DNA of 64,000 nucleotides, taken from positions 14,012,001-14,076,000 of the forward strand of contig OZ024760.1 in NCBI GenBank assembly GCA_964016885.1. Direction: 5' to 3'. Positions 26,946 to 64,000 of this stretch are shown here, in pieces; position 1 is the first letter of the stretch, and each line of letters opens with the position of its first letter. Position numbers and translations under genes: made by a program. The notes under the pieces are model-generated. The model saw only the letters and a list, made by a program, of their open reading frames with translations, did not search any database and was not told the DNA's origin. Origin of the DNA: Eledone cirrhosa (taxonomy: Eukaryota).

Positions 26946-28964
26946 CACACATGTGTGTATGTATGAATCTGTGTGTGTGTGTATAATTGTGAACCTGGTG
27001 GTGGGGATGGAGGTGGTAGTAGTTGTTTGGGCGGAAATTTCATTGAGATGAAAGAAGTTTTACCAGTCAGTGTGGGTATGTGTGTGTATGTGTAACAACA
27101 ACAACACAAACACCGCCACCACTCCCAACAACACCGCCAATCCAAACAACACCAGCAAAAACTAAAACATGATTTATTATTCTGTGAAGAAATTAAATAT
27201 TTTGATCAGAACAATGTGAAATATATGTGTGTGTGTGAGTGTATGCATGTATGTGTGTACTTGTATATCGTAATTTCTATGTCTATATTCATGAGAAAGA
27301 AGGATAGAGAATCAACAGATCATGTATATAAATAGCTATTCAGTTTCATATATACACACCCACCCAAAAATTAAAACTTAACCCTATCAATTCTTCTACA
27401 AATTGATGAATCCTGTCTTATCTAAGTGACAATCATATTTAAACAATAAAATACAACCCCAAACCTTGAAAATACCTAACCTGTTGCAGTAATTATGTCA
27501 CATGAAATATCTTTCTTTTAACAGCATACACTTAGCACTGACTGAGACCCAACCAGCCTTAACAAGGCATAAATTCAATGACAGTTTTATCAAACGACAT
27601 TTCCGGATAAAAGGGAAACAACTCCAATAATTTTATTAAAATATTGTAGAGTAATCTCCCTTTGCTAATTGGAATGCTGCATAAACAGATTTGTAGTCTT
27701 ATGTAAACACACAAACACTATACACAATAACATATATATATCTATATGTATATCTACATATAGATATACATACACGTGTATACATACATACATATATACA
27801 TACATGACAATATACTATACCCCCACGACTCACGGCTACATCAAAACTAAAGCGCAACTATTTCAACGCTGGCAATCTAGCTCAACTTATCAGAGCTACA
27901 AGTCAAAATGTCAGAGTAAAAAGAAAAAAAAATAATCTAATAGGAAATAAGAGGCTAGAGCAGCGAAATATTTACGTAAAATAAAAGAACAACAAACAAG
28001 AGTGCAACATGGAAATTTTTGTATTTTTGTCGATATAAGCGTTATTTTATGCGCGATTTGCCTTGCTGCCGGCGTTGCTCAGTCAGTAGCAGCCCCGCTT
28101 ACGAAGTTCAGGAGCCAACGACTTTACATGGTTCGAATCTCACCCTCTCCGCTCTTGTCGAGTTATCTCCTACTCTTTTTACTTAATTCCAGGTCATTGA
28201 AAAAGAGCAAAGAGGGCGCGGCGATCGGCATATGCACTGGCTACAATGTTGAACTTTGGTACTGACTGCATAGTTGAACGTTCCATATACCAACCGCCCA
28301 ACTGGCCAGTCAACCGCAAATACGGCTGGCTGGCCGGTTGGGTAGTTGGCATATGTACTGGCTACCATGCTGAACATTGGTATGACTGTCAAGTTGAACG
28401 TTCTAACCCTCTCTTTACATCTATTACTCTATCTACCGCTTATTTCTCCCCCTCTCTTTACTTCTATAACTCTATCTCACACTCTCTTTACATCTATTAC
28501 AGTGTCTCCCTGTATATATACACGTATATATGCACTAGATTTTATAAGAAATCTACGTAATAATATAATTAACAATAGTTGATGAATTAGACCAGAGTTA
28601 ATTAAACAATAAATATGAATGAAATGGCAGTAGATGGCGAAACTTGAGTGTTGTGTGTGCATACATATATATGAGGTAAACTGGTTCAAATACTGTCACG
28701 ATTATATTGGATCAAAGACTGTATTAAATAGAAAGTAAAAAATGAAGTGAAAATCTAAAAACAAACTGAAAATTTCCCCATCCCTAGAAAAATTCATATC
28801 TTGTTATATATAGATAATTAGCGCATTAAATTGAATAAATATTCATTTATATATATATATGTACACTGATATATATGTGTGTATATATATGTACATATAT
28901 GTATGTGTATATGTGTACATATGTATGTGTATATATATACTAATATATATATATATATATCAAC

Positions 28965-29390
28965 TTCATCATACGTCCGCTTTTCCATGCTTGCAAGGGT
29001 GGGATGGGAGCTGATTCTGGACTGGTTTCTACAGTTGGGTGCCCTTCCTGACGCCAACCCGTTTGCAGTGACTGGTGGGTGCTTTTTTTTTCCGTGGCAC
29101 CTCCACGTCAGCTTTACAGTGTGGGCTGGGTGCTTTTTTGCTGTGGCGCCTCCGCGACCACTTTGCGGTGGGGTGGTGGGGTGGTATGTGTATACCCAGC
29201 CCATTGTGATTTCCCAACCAGAAAAGCTTATAGCATCGTTCTTTACCCACGATGAATCTAGCAGACCCACCCCTCCACCTGGTCTCTTGAATACAACAAA
29301 CATCGACCTCCTTACGTTCAAGCAACCTCGTTAGAGCGACCCTTTAAGGTGCCTACATTCATGGTACCAACTCTGAAGTTTTGGATTGCG
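28965..29390 (-). mobile_element. Chimera: RTE ORF 5' start (29196-29390) fused to a SINE 3' half (28965-29170)
   Basis: LERKEVDVCCIQETRWRGGSARF matches 22400-22600; SINE tail matches 39070-39250. Confidence 0.8.
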
Positions 29391-29421
29391 GGTGAATTTG
29401 AGGTGAATGTCTTTATGTATG

Positions 29422-29466
<45 letters not shown>

Positions 29467-30519
29467 ATGTATGTGTGTGGGCATAGGTTAATTATAACGT
29501 TCGCGAAACTGAAAGTGGATTTTCTGACAAGTGAATGTGTTTTTTTTTTTTTTTACAATGAAATTTACGATACAATCTTTGTTTATTTACAACAGGTCTC
29601 TATAGGTATATGGTGTTAATTAGTATTGCATGTGTGATTATTTTCTCTTATATATATATGTGTGGGTGTGTATATATATGTGTGTCTGTATGTATATATA
29701 TATATGTGTTTGTGTCATCATCATTGTTTAGATGTTTTTGTAATATCTTGCCAAAGTTGACACCAACTATAAACAAATTAAGGCCGGGTCATAAGAAGGA
29801 CAGAGAATGATAAGGGATTTGGGTAAAAACATCTAAACACAAAAAATAATATGCATACAAATTCATAGAGATATATATATGTGTAAATTTAAATTAATAA
29901 TAATAATAAAAAGCACAAAAAATAATTTTTTCATCATTTCACTTTTATTTATATTTTTATCATCATTTTTTTTAAAACTAAATTATATATATAGTAAAGA
30001 TTGCATTTGCTTTCTGCTCTTTCCATTTTCAATTTCAAATTTTTTTATCTTAAATTTGCATTTTTTTTAAAAATATTTCATTTCATATTTTCGATTTCGG
30101 GTTGTTTTTTTTTTGTTGATTTTTTTTTTAATAGTAATTGTTGCTGTTGTTGTTTTGTTTTTATATCTTTACATTACTGAAACACACATGTAGCTCTCTG
30201 TCTTTCTCTCATTCCATTTGTGTGTCTTTCTCTCATTTTGTCTGTCTCAGTCTCTTTTATTGTCTGTTTTTCATTCTGTGAGAGGTGGGCGATGAGAGAC
30301 AATAAAAGGAAGGGATATATATATATATAGAGAGAGAGAGAGAGTGAGCAAGAATTGGGTGAAGAAATTAGAGAAAGAGAGAGAGGGAAAGAGACTGAGA
30401 GTTAACCGAAAAACTTTGAAAATAATAACAAATTTAACTTTTAAAATATATTCCCTTCTTCTTTATCTTTCTTTCCTTTTTTTACTTATTTATCCCCACC
30501 ACCACCAACCATATTATTA

Positions 30520-31135
30520 TTAAGTGGATAAGCAGTATCGGTAAAGCATTGGACAACATGCTTTGTGGTATATAGTTATGGCCCGAGTTTAAATCTTGCT
30601 GAGGTTAGCTTTGTCTTTCAACCTTATGAGGTCGATAAATAACGCACCAGTAATGCACTAATCAACTTTCCCCTCCCCCAAAATTGTTGGCCTTGTGCCT
30701 AAAGTATAAACAATTATTATTATTATTGTTATTAAAAGGGCAGTGGATTGGCAGTATCGGTTCGGGCGTCAGACATCATGCTTTGCAGCATAGAGTTATA
30801 GTCCTTTATGGTCTGATTTAATATCCCACCGAGGTTAGCTTTGCCTTTTGTCCTTACAGGGTCGATAAAATAAAGCACCAGTAATGCACTGGGGTTGATT
30901 TAATTGACTTTCCTTTCCCCTAAATCAGAAACCATTATTATTATTATTAGGGCGGTGGATTGGCAGTATTGGGAGAGAGTCGGACGCCATGCTTTGACGC
31001 ATAGAGTTACGGCCCTTGCCATTCTGAGTTCAAATCCTGCCGAGGTTAACTTTGCCTTTCATCCTTACGGGGTCGATAAAATAAAGTACCAGTAATTGCT
31101 GGCCTTGTGCCTAACGTAGAAACAATTATTATTAT
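30520..31135 (+). mobile_element. Three head-to-tail copies of SINE family B
   Basis: ggcggtggattggcagtatcgg head, gagttcaaatcc B box, core gcctttcatccttacggggtcgataaaataaagtaccag, (ATT)n tail. Confidence 0.88.
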
Positions 31136-31198
31136 TATTAAAAGTTAGAAAAACAAACAAAGATACAACAATGTAAAATATAACAAATTATAAACGAA

Positions 31199-31437
31199 TA
31201 GGCTATGTAGCCGGTAAACCCTAAAGAGACGCAACACACATCGCTATAGCGTTTCACCAACCCCTTCCTTCTGTTGTCTGTTTATGTATTTACACGCAGA
31301 TATGTGTGTATGTAACTAAAGTGTTATGAATGGATGACTAAATGATTTTAACTTGTTGATGGTGGAAAAGATTTCAAATTGTCCTAACTCGGGCTGCAAC
31401 TTATGGTGCCTGACACTCTTACCGGCTACATAGCCTA
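31199..31437. mobile_element. MITE with 19-bp perfect TIRs (possibly PIF/Harbinger)
   Basis: taggctatgtagccggtaa at 31199-31217 and its reverse complement at 31419-31437; extra degenerate TIR at about 31458-31472. Confidence 0.7.
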
Positions 31438-32874
31438 AGAGTCTATTTTACCGGGACCGGCTACATTGCCTCTTTTAATTAAAAACTTAACTTACACCCC
31501 CAACTTTTCTTTATCATCACATACAGTACAGTCTTCTTGGAGAAACCTAATCTTAAGACATCTGTTGTAAGAAGCACATAGAAGGGTCAGTATAAGGAAG
31601 AGCACTGCGTACATGCAAGTAGGTATCAGTGTTTCTGTATGCCCTCTCCTATCTATCACTTTATCTACTTATTCACCAATCAAATAATGTACCTCTATCT
31701 ATCTATCAACTCTACCTGTTTAGAGTTCATCTGACCAGTTATCCTATCTACCTGCCAACCAGTCTATCTATCAATCACCTTCTCTTCTTATATAGCATCA
31801 AGACACCTATTAGTCATCTTTCTTTAGATAGATAGAGGGAGAAATTCTAGACACACACATACACGTTTAAATTTGGTGTTCACCACCTGTCCAGCCTCCT
31901 GTCATTTTATTCTATAATATTATATATATATATATAATTGGTGTGGGATGCTTGAAGCGTCCGTAAGCACTACTGATTCTCCATTTCTTATGTGATATAT
32001 ATATATATACATTTTATAGAGTAAAATGTTTCAGAAGATCCCGTTAAGGGTGAACACAGCGATTCTTTGCTTAAACTTTAATCTGTTCTTATAATAAATA
32101 TTTGCTCTACAGATTTTTATATATATATATATACATACATATATACATATATATAATCCTTATCGAGCCCTCTTTGGATTTTAGTCTTCACATTTATTAT
32201 TACTATATATATATATATATAATATAGAAAGAGAGAGAGATGAATATAAGCACTTTCGTTGGTCAGTCAGTCAATCTAATACAGTAAGACACATTAATCA
32301 TATACATAATTTGTCCCACCCCTCTCTCTGTTGGTCCAGTATTGTCCAGTCCATCCCTCAACACCACCACCTCTCTCTGTGTATGCGTAAGTATATATAT
32401 ATATATATATGTATGTATGTGTAAGTATATATATATATATGTGTGTGTAGGTATGTGGTGGTGGGTCCTTCTTTCACTTTTACAGCCTCACACCAAACCA
32501 ACCAATCTGTTTGCCTGATAACAATCATTTGACCAATCAATCAACTGCACTTCCTTCCTCCGCCCACTACCACTTGACCCATCTTCTTCCATTCCTTAAA
32601 CCCTTTGAACCACCCTGCACCCTGCTCAACCTCCTCATTATGTACCCACCACCTATAGACATATACAACGCTTTTACCTGGGTACCCCACCCACCTGACA
32701 AATCCTTCCTTCCCCTTCTCTCTCATCATCCCACCACATGCACCGAGACCTCCATCCACTCCGAAAAAGACATCAACACACCACCGCCACCACCACTATA
32801 AAGAGATGGTGGCAGTGGTGGTGGGGAAGGAAAGTAAAAGAGAAAACACACACACAGCACACACTGGAAGAGCA

Positions 32875-33132
32875 ACACATCACCACCACCATCATCATCA
32901 TCAACAACAACATCATCATCAAAATCCTCATCACCCTCACTGCTATCATCATCATCAACATCAACAACATCACCACCATCATCATCATCAACATCATTAT
33001 CATTCCTTCTCTGGTAGTTTTTTTGTTTGTTTTTTTCATTGGTCACCTTCTCCCTGCCTTCACCTCCCACATCACAATAGTTGGAGAGAGAGAGAGAGAG
33101 AAAGAGAAAGATAGGGAGAAAGAAAGAGAGAA

Positions 33133-33181
<49 letters not shown>

Positions 33182-33245
33182 AAGGTAAGGAGGGTGAGAG
33201 AAAGAGAGAGAGAAAGGTAAGGAGGGTGAGAGAAAGAGACAGGGA
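32875..33245. repeat. (CAT/CAA)n and (GA)n simple repeats
   Basis: Direct reading; similar tracts at 37212-37415, 38282-38561 and 59910-60275. Confidence 0.92.
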
Positions 33246-33438
33246 GATTACGTCCCATCCATTTTCTAGTTCACCTCTTTCCAATAATCCATCCGTAAAT
33301 CACAAATCAATACATTAATCAATCCATGTATTGATGAATGTAATGCTGGATGCATGTATCAATCAATGCACAATTGAAACTCATTAATGGGTGACCTGGT
33401 AGTTGGCATGGGTAGATAGACAGACAGATCCCCTAACC

Positions 33439-33634
33439 CAGGCATGACAAACATGTGGCCCTTTACAAGCGCACCTGTGGCTCACACAAAGGTTTTTTGC
33501 AGTGCGAGCATGTTTTATCTTCATAATATAAAATAAAAAAAAATTGGTTGTAATGTGCATTTTCATGTGTGGCCCTCAGACAACACATATGTGACCCATG
33601 TGGTCCTCGGGGGACCCTCAGTTTGACATGCCTG
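33439..33634. mobile_element. hAT MITE, 196 bp
   Basis: 14-bp TIR CAGGCATG(A/T)CAAAC and perfect 8-bp TSD ccctaacc (33431-33438, 33635-33642). Confidence 0.9.
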
Positions 33635-33964
33635 CCCTAACCCATCAATCCAACCCCAAACCCACCAATCCAACCTTTAATCCAGCCATCCACATCTTCC
33701 AACATTTATCTTACTTTTTTAACATGTTTTTTTTTTAAATTGCTTTTGGTTGTGTGACAGTAGTAGTAGTAGTAGTAGTAGAATTAGCAGTAATAGCAGT
33801 AGAAATACTAGTAGTAATAGTGGTTGTAGTAGTAGTATTAACAGTAATAGCAGTAGTAATAGTGGCTGTGGTAGTAGTAGTATTTATCGTATGTCATCAC
33901 AATGCTTATAAAAAATGGAAGGAAAAAAAACTTACGAGCAATAAATGTGAACATAGTAGAGCAA

Positions 33965-34930
33965 AAGGTTTGTAACAGGGTTGTTGTTTGTGACATGGCT
34001 TGTAGTTTGTGACAAGCCTTCAGTTTGTGATAGGCTTGAAGTTTGTTGCAGGCTTGTAACCAAGTGTGACAAGCCTGTCACAGTACAAAAAAATGGATTG
34101 TAACAGGAATGTTATTTGTAACAAAGTGTAACAGGCTCATATTTTGTGACAAGCCTATCATTTGTAACAAAGTCTAACTGGTTTATAGTTTGTGACAAGC
34201 CTGAAGTTTGTAACAAAATGTGACAAGCTTATAGTTTGTGACAAGCCTGTCATTTGTAACAAAGTCTAACTGGTTTATAGTTTGTGACAAGCCTGCAGTT
34301 TGTAACAAAATTTGACAAGCCTGTACTTTGTAACAGGGTTGTAGTTTGTGACAGGCCAGCCAACAGTTCATATTAAATTGTAGTAGCTGAGATAATGTGT
34401 GACAGTCGATGTAGGGTGTGTGAAGGGGGAGTATGTCAAGATGTGGACCTATACATGGCAGACTATATACTATGTAACAGCCCATGTTGCATGCGACACA
34501 GTCCATGCAGTATGTGACTGGCCAAATAGAATGTGATACAGTTCATGAAGGATGTGACACAGCCCATGTAGTGTGTGACAAGTTATGTAGTATGTGACAC
34601 AACCCATGTAGTGTGACACAGTCCATGTAGCATGTGGCATTGTAAATAATGTGTGACAAGCTACATGGTGATGTGGCTTCCATGGAGAGACACAGTAATA
34701 TGTAACAGCTGCCATACACTTTGCAGTGACATACAATACACAATGCAGGTGTAAAATAAACATGTTACACTATGAGTGAGTGCCAAGAGCTGTGTGTAAC
34801 ACAGCTCAGTGTTTGACAATGGCTCAGTGTGTAACACAGCTCAGTGTTTGACAATGGGTGATGAGGGGTCAATTTGTGGCAATGTGAGACGAGGATTCAG
34901 TATGTGTGACAGGCCACAAACAATGTCACA
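33965..34930. repeat. Degenerate array built on TGTGACA/TGTAACA
   Basis: Over 25 heptamer occurrences, often about 18 bp apart. Confidence 0.85.
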
Positions 34931-35542
34931 TGTCCTGCTATATATGATATAGTAAGAGAGCAGGACATTCACACAGGTGAGGGGGTTGGCGGGGCGGGAC
35001 TGTCACTTAATGTTCAGTAGTAGTTGTGGGGTTAATGAGAATGTGTGTGTGTGTATATAGAGTGTTTTTTTATGGAGATTGTGTATGTGTCTGTGTATAT
35101 ATATATATATATGTGTATGTAGACTGTTGTTATGGAGTTTGTGTTTGTGTGTATATAAATGTGTATGTAGAGGGTGTTTCTACGTGGAGGGTTTTGTGTA
35201 GTATTTTATTGAGATGTGTGTGTGTATGTACGGTGATGTTTGTGTGTGTGCGTATGTATTTAAGGAGTTGTGTGACAATGTGTGTTTGTGTCTGATTATA
35301 TGTATGGAGTTGTGTGTGTGTGTATCTGTAGAACTGTGTGTGAAGGTGTGTGAGTATATGTGTGTGTGTATCTGTAGAACTGTGTGTGAATGTGTGTGTG
35401 AGTATATGTGTGTATCTATGGAACTGTGTGAGAATGTATATTTTTGTGTGTGTAAGTATACATAAGAAGATGTGTGTGTGTATGGGGCTGTGTGAGAATG
35501 TGTGTATGTGTACAATATAATTGAGTAGTCCAGCAAAGGTGG

Positions 35543-60502
<24,960 letters not shown>

Positions 60503-60556
60503 CTGGAAAAGAGAAGAAAAGAGACAAACATCAATAACGGTACTACTATTACAAAT

Positions 60557-61007
60557 AATTGTTTCTACTTTTGGCCAGCAATTATCCCAGTGTATTACTG
60601 GTACTTTATTTTATCGACCCCATAAGGATGAAAGGCAAAGTTAACCTCGGCGGGGTTTGAGGCACAAGGCCAGCAATTACCCCAGTGCATTACTGGTATT
60701 TTATTTTATCGACCCCGTAAGGATGAAAGGCAAAGTTAACCTCGGAAGGATTTGAACTCAGAACGTAAAAGGCAATAACTCTATGCTGCTAAGCATGGTG
60801 TCTGACGCTCTATCGATACTTCCAAACCACCGTGTTTCTACTTTTGGCACAAGCCCAGCAATTACCCTAGTGCATTGCTGGTGTTTTATTTTATCGACCC
60901 CGTAAAGATGAAAAGCAAAGCTAACCTCGGCAGTGTTTGAACTCAGAGTGCAAAGGGCCATAACTCTTTGCCGCAAAACATTCTCTGACGCTCTACCGAT
61001 ACTGCCT
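60557..61007 (-). mobile_element. Cluster of three SINE family B copies
   Basis: Reverse complement of the family B core. Other copies at about 26030-26165, 37415-37535, 41074-41259, 41850-42052, 48100-48360, 61630-61880, 62360-62470, 62655-62810 and 63298-63395. Confidence 0.88.
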
Positions 61008-63009
61008 TTATGATTGTGAAGTGAACTGCTTAACCCTTTTGTTACCAATCTGGCCCAAACCGGCTCTAGTTCTATGAAATAAATCCACCCATTTTAAAGG
61101 TTTCCAATTTAAATTTAAATCTTCCAACATAATTTTATATAAGAACATAACATTAGGTTATTATCTTAGTATTGAAATAATTAATAATTTTAGTAAATCC
61201 CTCAAAATTCTCAATTAATTAATTGAAATAGAGTTTGTTTCATTAGAAATGAAGTCATGAAAAGGTTATACCTTTCAGCCATGGTCCAATAACCAATGTT
61301 GATTTAGTTGTTTGTAAGATCCTCTCTTTATGGCATAGAGTTAAGTCCCTTTAAATTCTAAATTCAAGCTTTGCCTTTCATCCTTACAGGTTTGATAAAA
61401 TGAAGTACAGTCTGTTTGGCTTTTATGCGAACTTGAAGTACGCAAATTCCCTTTAATGCCTCTTGAAAAAATATTATCAAATATTCACTTTGCACGAATA
61501 ACGTGCTATAACACATGTGGTTTTTAATTTCTTTTATTTATCAGAAATATAATATAACATTACAATTGAATTACACGAATTTGCTTTACGCACCGCGTTC
61601 ATGAACGTGCAAAAGGCAAAGAGACGCTACCAGTAATGCACTGGGGTCGATTTAACTCCTTTCTCCTGCACCCAAATTGCTGGCCTTGTGCCTAAATCAA
61701 AAACAAATATATCTAAGAAGAGGCTATTTGGCAGAGTTGTGAGAACATCAGATAGAGGGCTTTGTAATATTTGTTCCAGAACTCAACAGTTTCTGAGTTC
61801 AAATCCTGCCAAACTCCACTTTGTGTTTCATCCTTTCGCGGTCGATATAAATAAAAAGGACCAGTCCAATGTTGGGGTCGGTTGTTCCTCTATATCTCTC
61901 TATCACTTTCCTTCTCTGGAAGAAATCGGCTGTGTTCAGACCTGGGGAGGTATGGGGTTTGCCGAGTTTTAACCCTTTACCTCACATAATATTGAATCTA
62001 TGAGATTTTGATGACATTTATTTTGAGAACAATACCTTAACATCAGTATGAGTGGCCAGTTACAGCTGGTTTGAACAGAGACCGGTGAGAGAATTCTGGC
62101 TGGATATAGCTGGTTTAAATACTAAAGGGTTAAAGTGTCCATGGCATGTGCCATGCTTGCCATACCCTACCTATGCCTCTGACTGCATGCCTACACCCCT
62201 CTACCCAGAGTAATGGGTTCATACATGGGTTCATACAGCTGATAGAGTTGTAGGGGCACTGTATTGACATACAGCATTTCTTGGGCATTTTAAGCCTGGT
62301 GGAGCCCGTCTCTCTCTAGTCCTGGGTACCGCAAATTTCTTCCAGAGAGAAGAAGAATTGATCCCAGTACTAGACTGGTACTTTTTTATCGACCTCGGTG
62401 GGATTTGAACTCAGAGAGCCGGAATGAATACCATCCGACTTTCTAACAACTGTGCCAATTTGCCACCATACATACATGTACATAATATATCTAGAACTAT
62501 AGAATTATCTTGGATGTACTAGTGTTCTTCCTTTTTCCATATGGGAGGGTGTGATTTGATGGAGTTTGGCTGTGATTTCTAGCAGGCCAAGAAAACCATC
62601 TCTGGCCCCTGCTGCTCTGTGTGTTGTAATATTATTTCATGGCAATTGTTTCAGTTCTTTACATTCTGAGACTAAATCCCGCCAAGGTTAGCTTTGCCTT
62701 TTATTCATATGGAATCGATGAAATAAAGTACCAGTCATGCACTGGGGTCAATTTAATCGACTTTCCCCTCCACCAAAATTGCTGGCCTTGTGCTTATATA
62801 AGAAACCATTATTAGTAGTAGTGATGATAATAGTAGTAGTAGTAGTGGTGGTGGCTGTGACAGGGGTAGTAGTGGTATTAGTAGTAGTAGCAGTAATACA
62901 ATTTCAGTACACTCCTTTCCATTGTTAATTAGGTCATCTAGGTAACAAAAGCTATCAACTACTTCAAGCGAGTTTTCTGGACATTTGAAGGAATATATTT
63001 CCCATAAAT

Positions 63010-63290
63010 TCTTATTGCTAACTGCTCCTGTACCTCTGCCACATACAAAGCCTACTTTCTCTGCTGACCTACATGAAACCCTACTACACCTCTTGTGTGC
63101 CTATAGTTTACACTGGGCTCACAATATAGAATTTCTACCGGCTCCTTCTTTCAATTCTGACCATGATCATTTTCCTACTTACTAAAACTTTAGTCTTTGA
63201 GAAATTTATTCTGAAACCTCTTAATCCTATGTTTTGCTTCTGTGTCGAGAATGTTTTCTCTAAATCATCAACAGATTTAGCAAGTCAGGT
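63010..63290 (-). mobile_element. Old RTE RT fragment including a decayed PHD finger
   Basis: LRGFRINFSKTKVLVS then GAGRNSIL.AQCKL.AHKRCS...FVCGRG with stops. Confidence 0.7.
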
Positions 63291-63540
63291 TATATTATGA
63301 GTTCAAACTATACTGAGGTTAGTTTTGTCTTTCATCCTACAGGGTCGACAAAAGTACCAGTCAACTACTGGGCTTGATGTAATCGACTTTCCTTTCAACC
63401 CTACCACCTTGGGGTTGCTTTCATTGGTCTTTTCATTGCTGATACTACCTGTTGATCACTAGATTGGACCAAGGCAACAATGTTTCCACTGTTTCTTTTT
63501 TTCCATTGCTGATACTATCAACATTTCCAAATTATCTACT

Positions 63541-63842
63541 AGATGTGTTGTTTCCTTGAGCAAGGCACTTTATTTCACATTGCTCCAGTTTACTCAGCTG
63601 TAGAAATGAGATGATAGGGACTGGGGTCCCTATCATTTCACTGCAAAATGGTCGTGGAGGGTCCATGGCAAAAAAGCACCCAGCCCACACTGTAAAATGG
63701 TCGTGGAGGTGCCATGGCAAAAAAGCACCCAGCATTCACTGTAATTGAGGTTGGTGTTAGGAAGGGCATCCAGCTGTAGAAATCAAGCCAGAATCAGTTC
63801 CCGTTGCAAGCAGACGTAAAATGATAATGTTGATGATGATGA
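63541..63842 (+). mobile_element. SINE family A, 5'-truncated
   Basis: Matches 38985-39250; related tails also at about 14510-14785, 19270-19510, 45020-45250 and 52640-52840. Confidence 0.88.
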
Positions 63843-64000
63843 AAAGTGGGCAGATTTTTTTTAATGGTTTCCATGATTCTGATTGATGGTAGCTCCTATA
63901 AAAAGTCAGAACTTTTTTTCTCCATCTTTGTCCACTTATTCCTGAGGGGGTTATTGAGGCAGTCTTCCAGAGGGTTCTATCAGAAACAATCACCTCTAAA

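Noticed and set aside
32726-33284. His-, Asp-, Ile- and ER-rich ORFs (also 37186-37479, 38199-38591, 59763-60026)
   Set aside because: Products of (CAT)n and (GA)n repeats, or antisense overlaps with real FARP exons.
33431-33642. ccctaacc motifs suggesting telomeric repeats
   Set aside because: They are the 8-bp target-site duplication of a hAT MITE, not an array.
62213-62345. Possible additional upstream FARP exon
   Set aside because: No convincing acceptor/donor pair in phase with exon A and no recognisable FERM or FERM-adjacent similarity.

Overview
Eukaryotic, AT- and microsatellite-rich genomic DNA. The repeat landscape (RTE LINEs, tRNA-derived SINEs, multi-kb TA/TACA runs) suggests a coleoid cephalopod such as an octopus; this is an inference. 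One host gene is readable: the 3' part of a FARP1/FARP2 (CDEP)-family RhoGEF on the minus strand. I reconstructed 17 coding exons (60502 down to the stop at 35543) with canonical GT-AG sites and consistent phases, encoding linker-DH-PH1-PH2; the FERM exons should lie beyond the right edge. Positions 103-12632 are a near-perfect tandem array (about 3.4 copies) of a 3653-3655 bp mosaic unit, followed by an older diverged copy. The rest is decayed RTE LINEs carrying a PHD finger inside the RT, pogo/Tigger, mariner, hAT, piggyBac-like and Harbinger-like elements, Penelope-type terminal-repeat fragments, two SINE families, and mini/microsatellites. Most notable: (1) a perfect palindrome with 155-bp arms holding a minimal hammerhead ribozyme on each strand, about 48 nt from a FARP 3' splice site; (2) more hammerhead motifs in FARP introns; (3) inverted MITEs bracketing an in-frame 738-nt exon block, a possible circRNA; (4) a chain of non-coding exon-like segments inside the tandem unit. 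No CRISPR, rRNA or bona fide tRNA gene was found.
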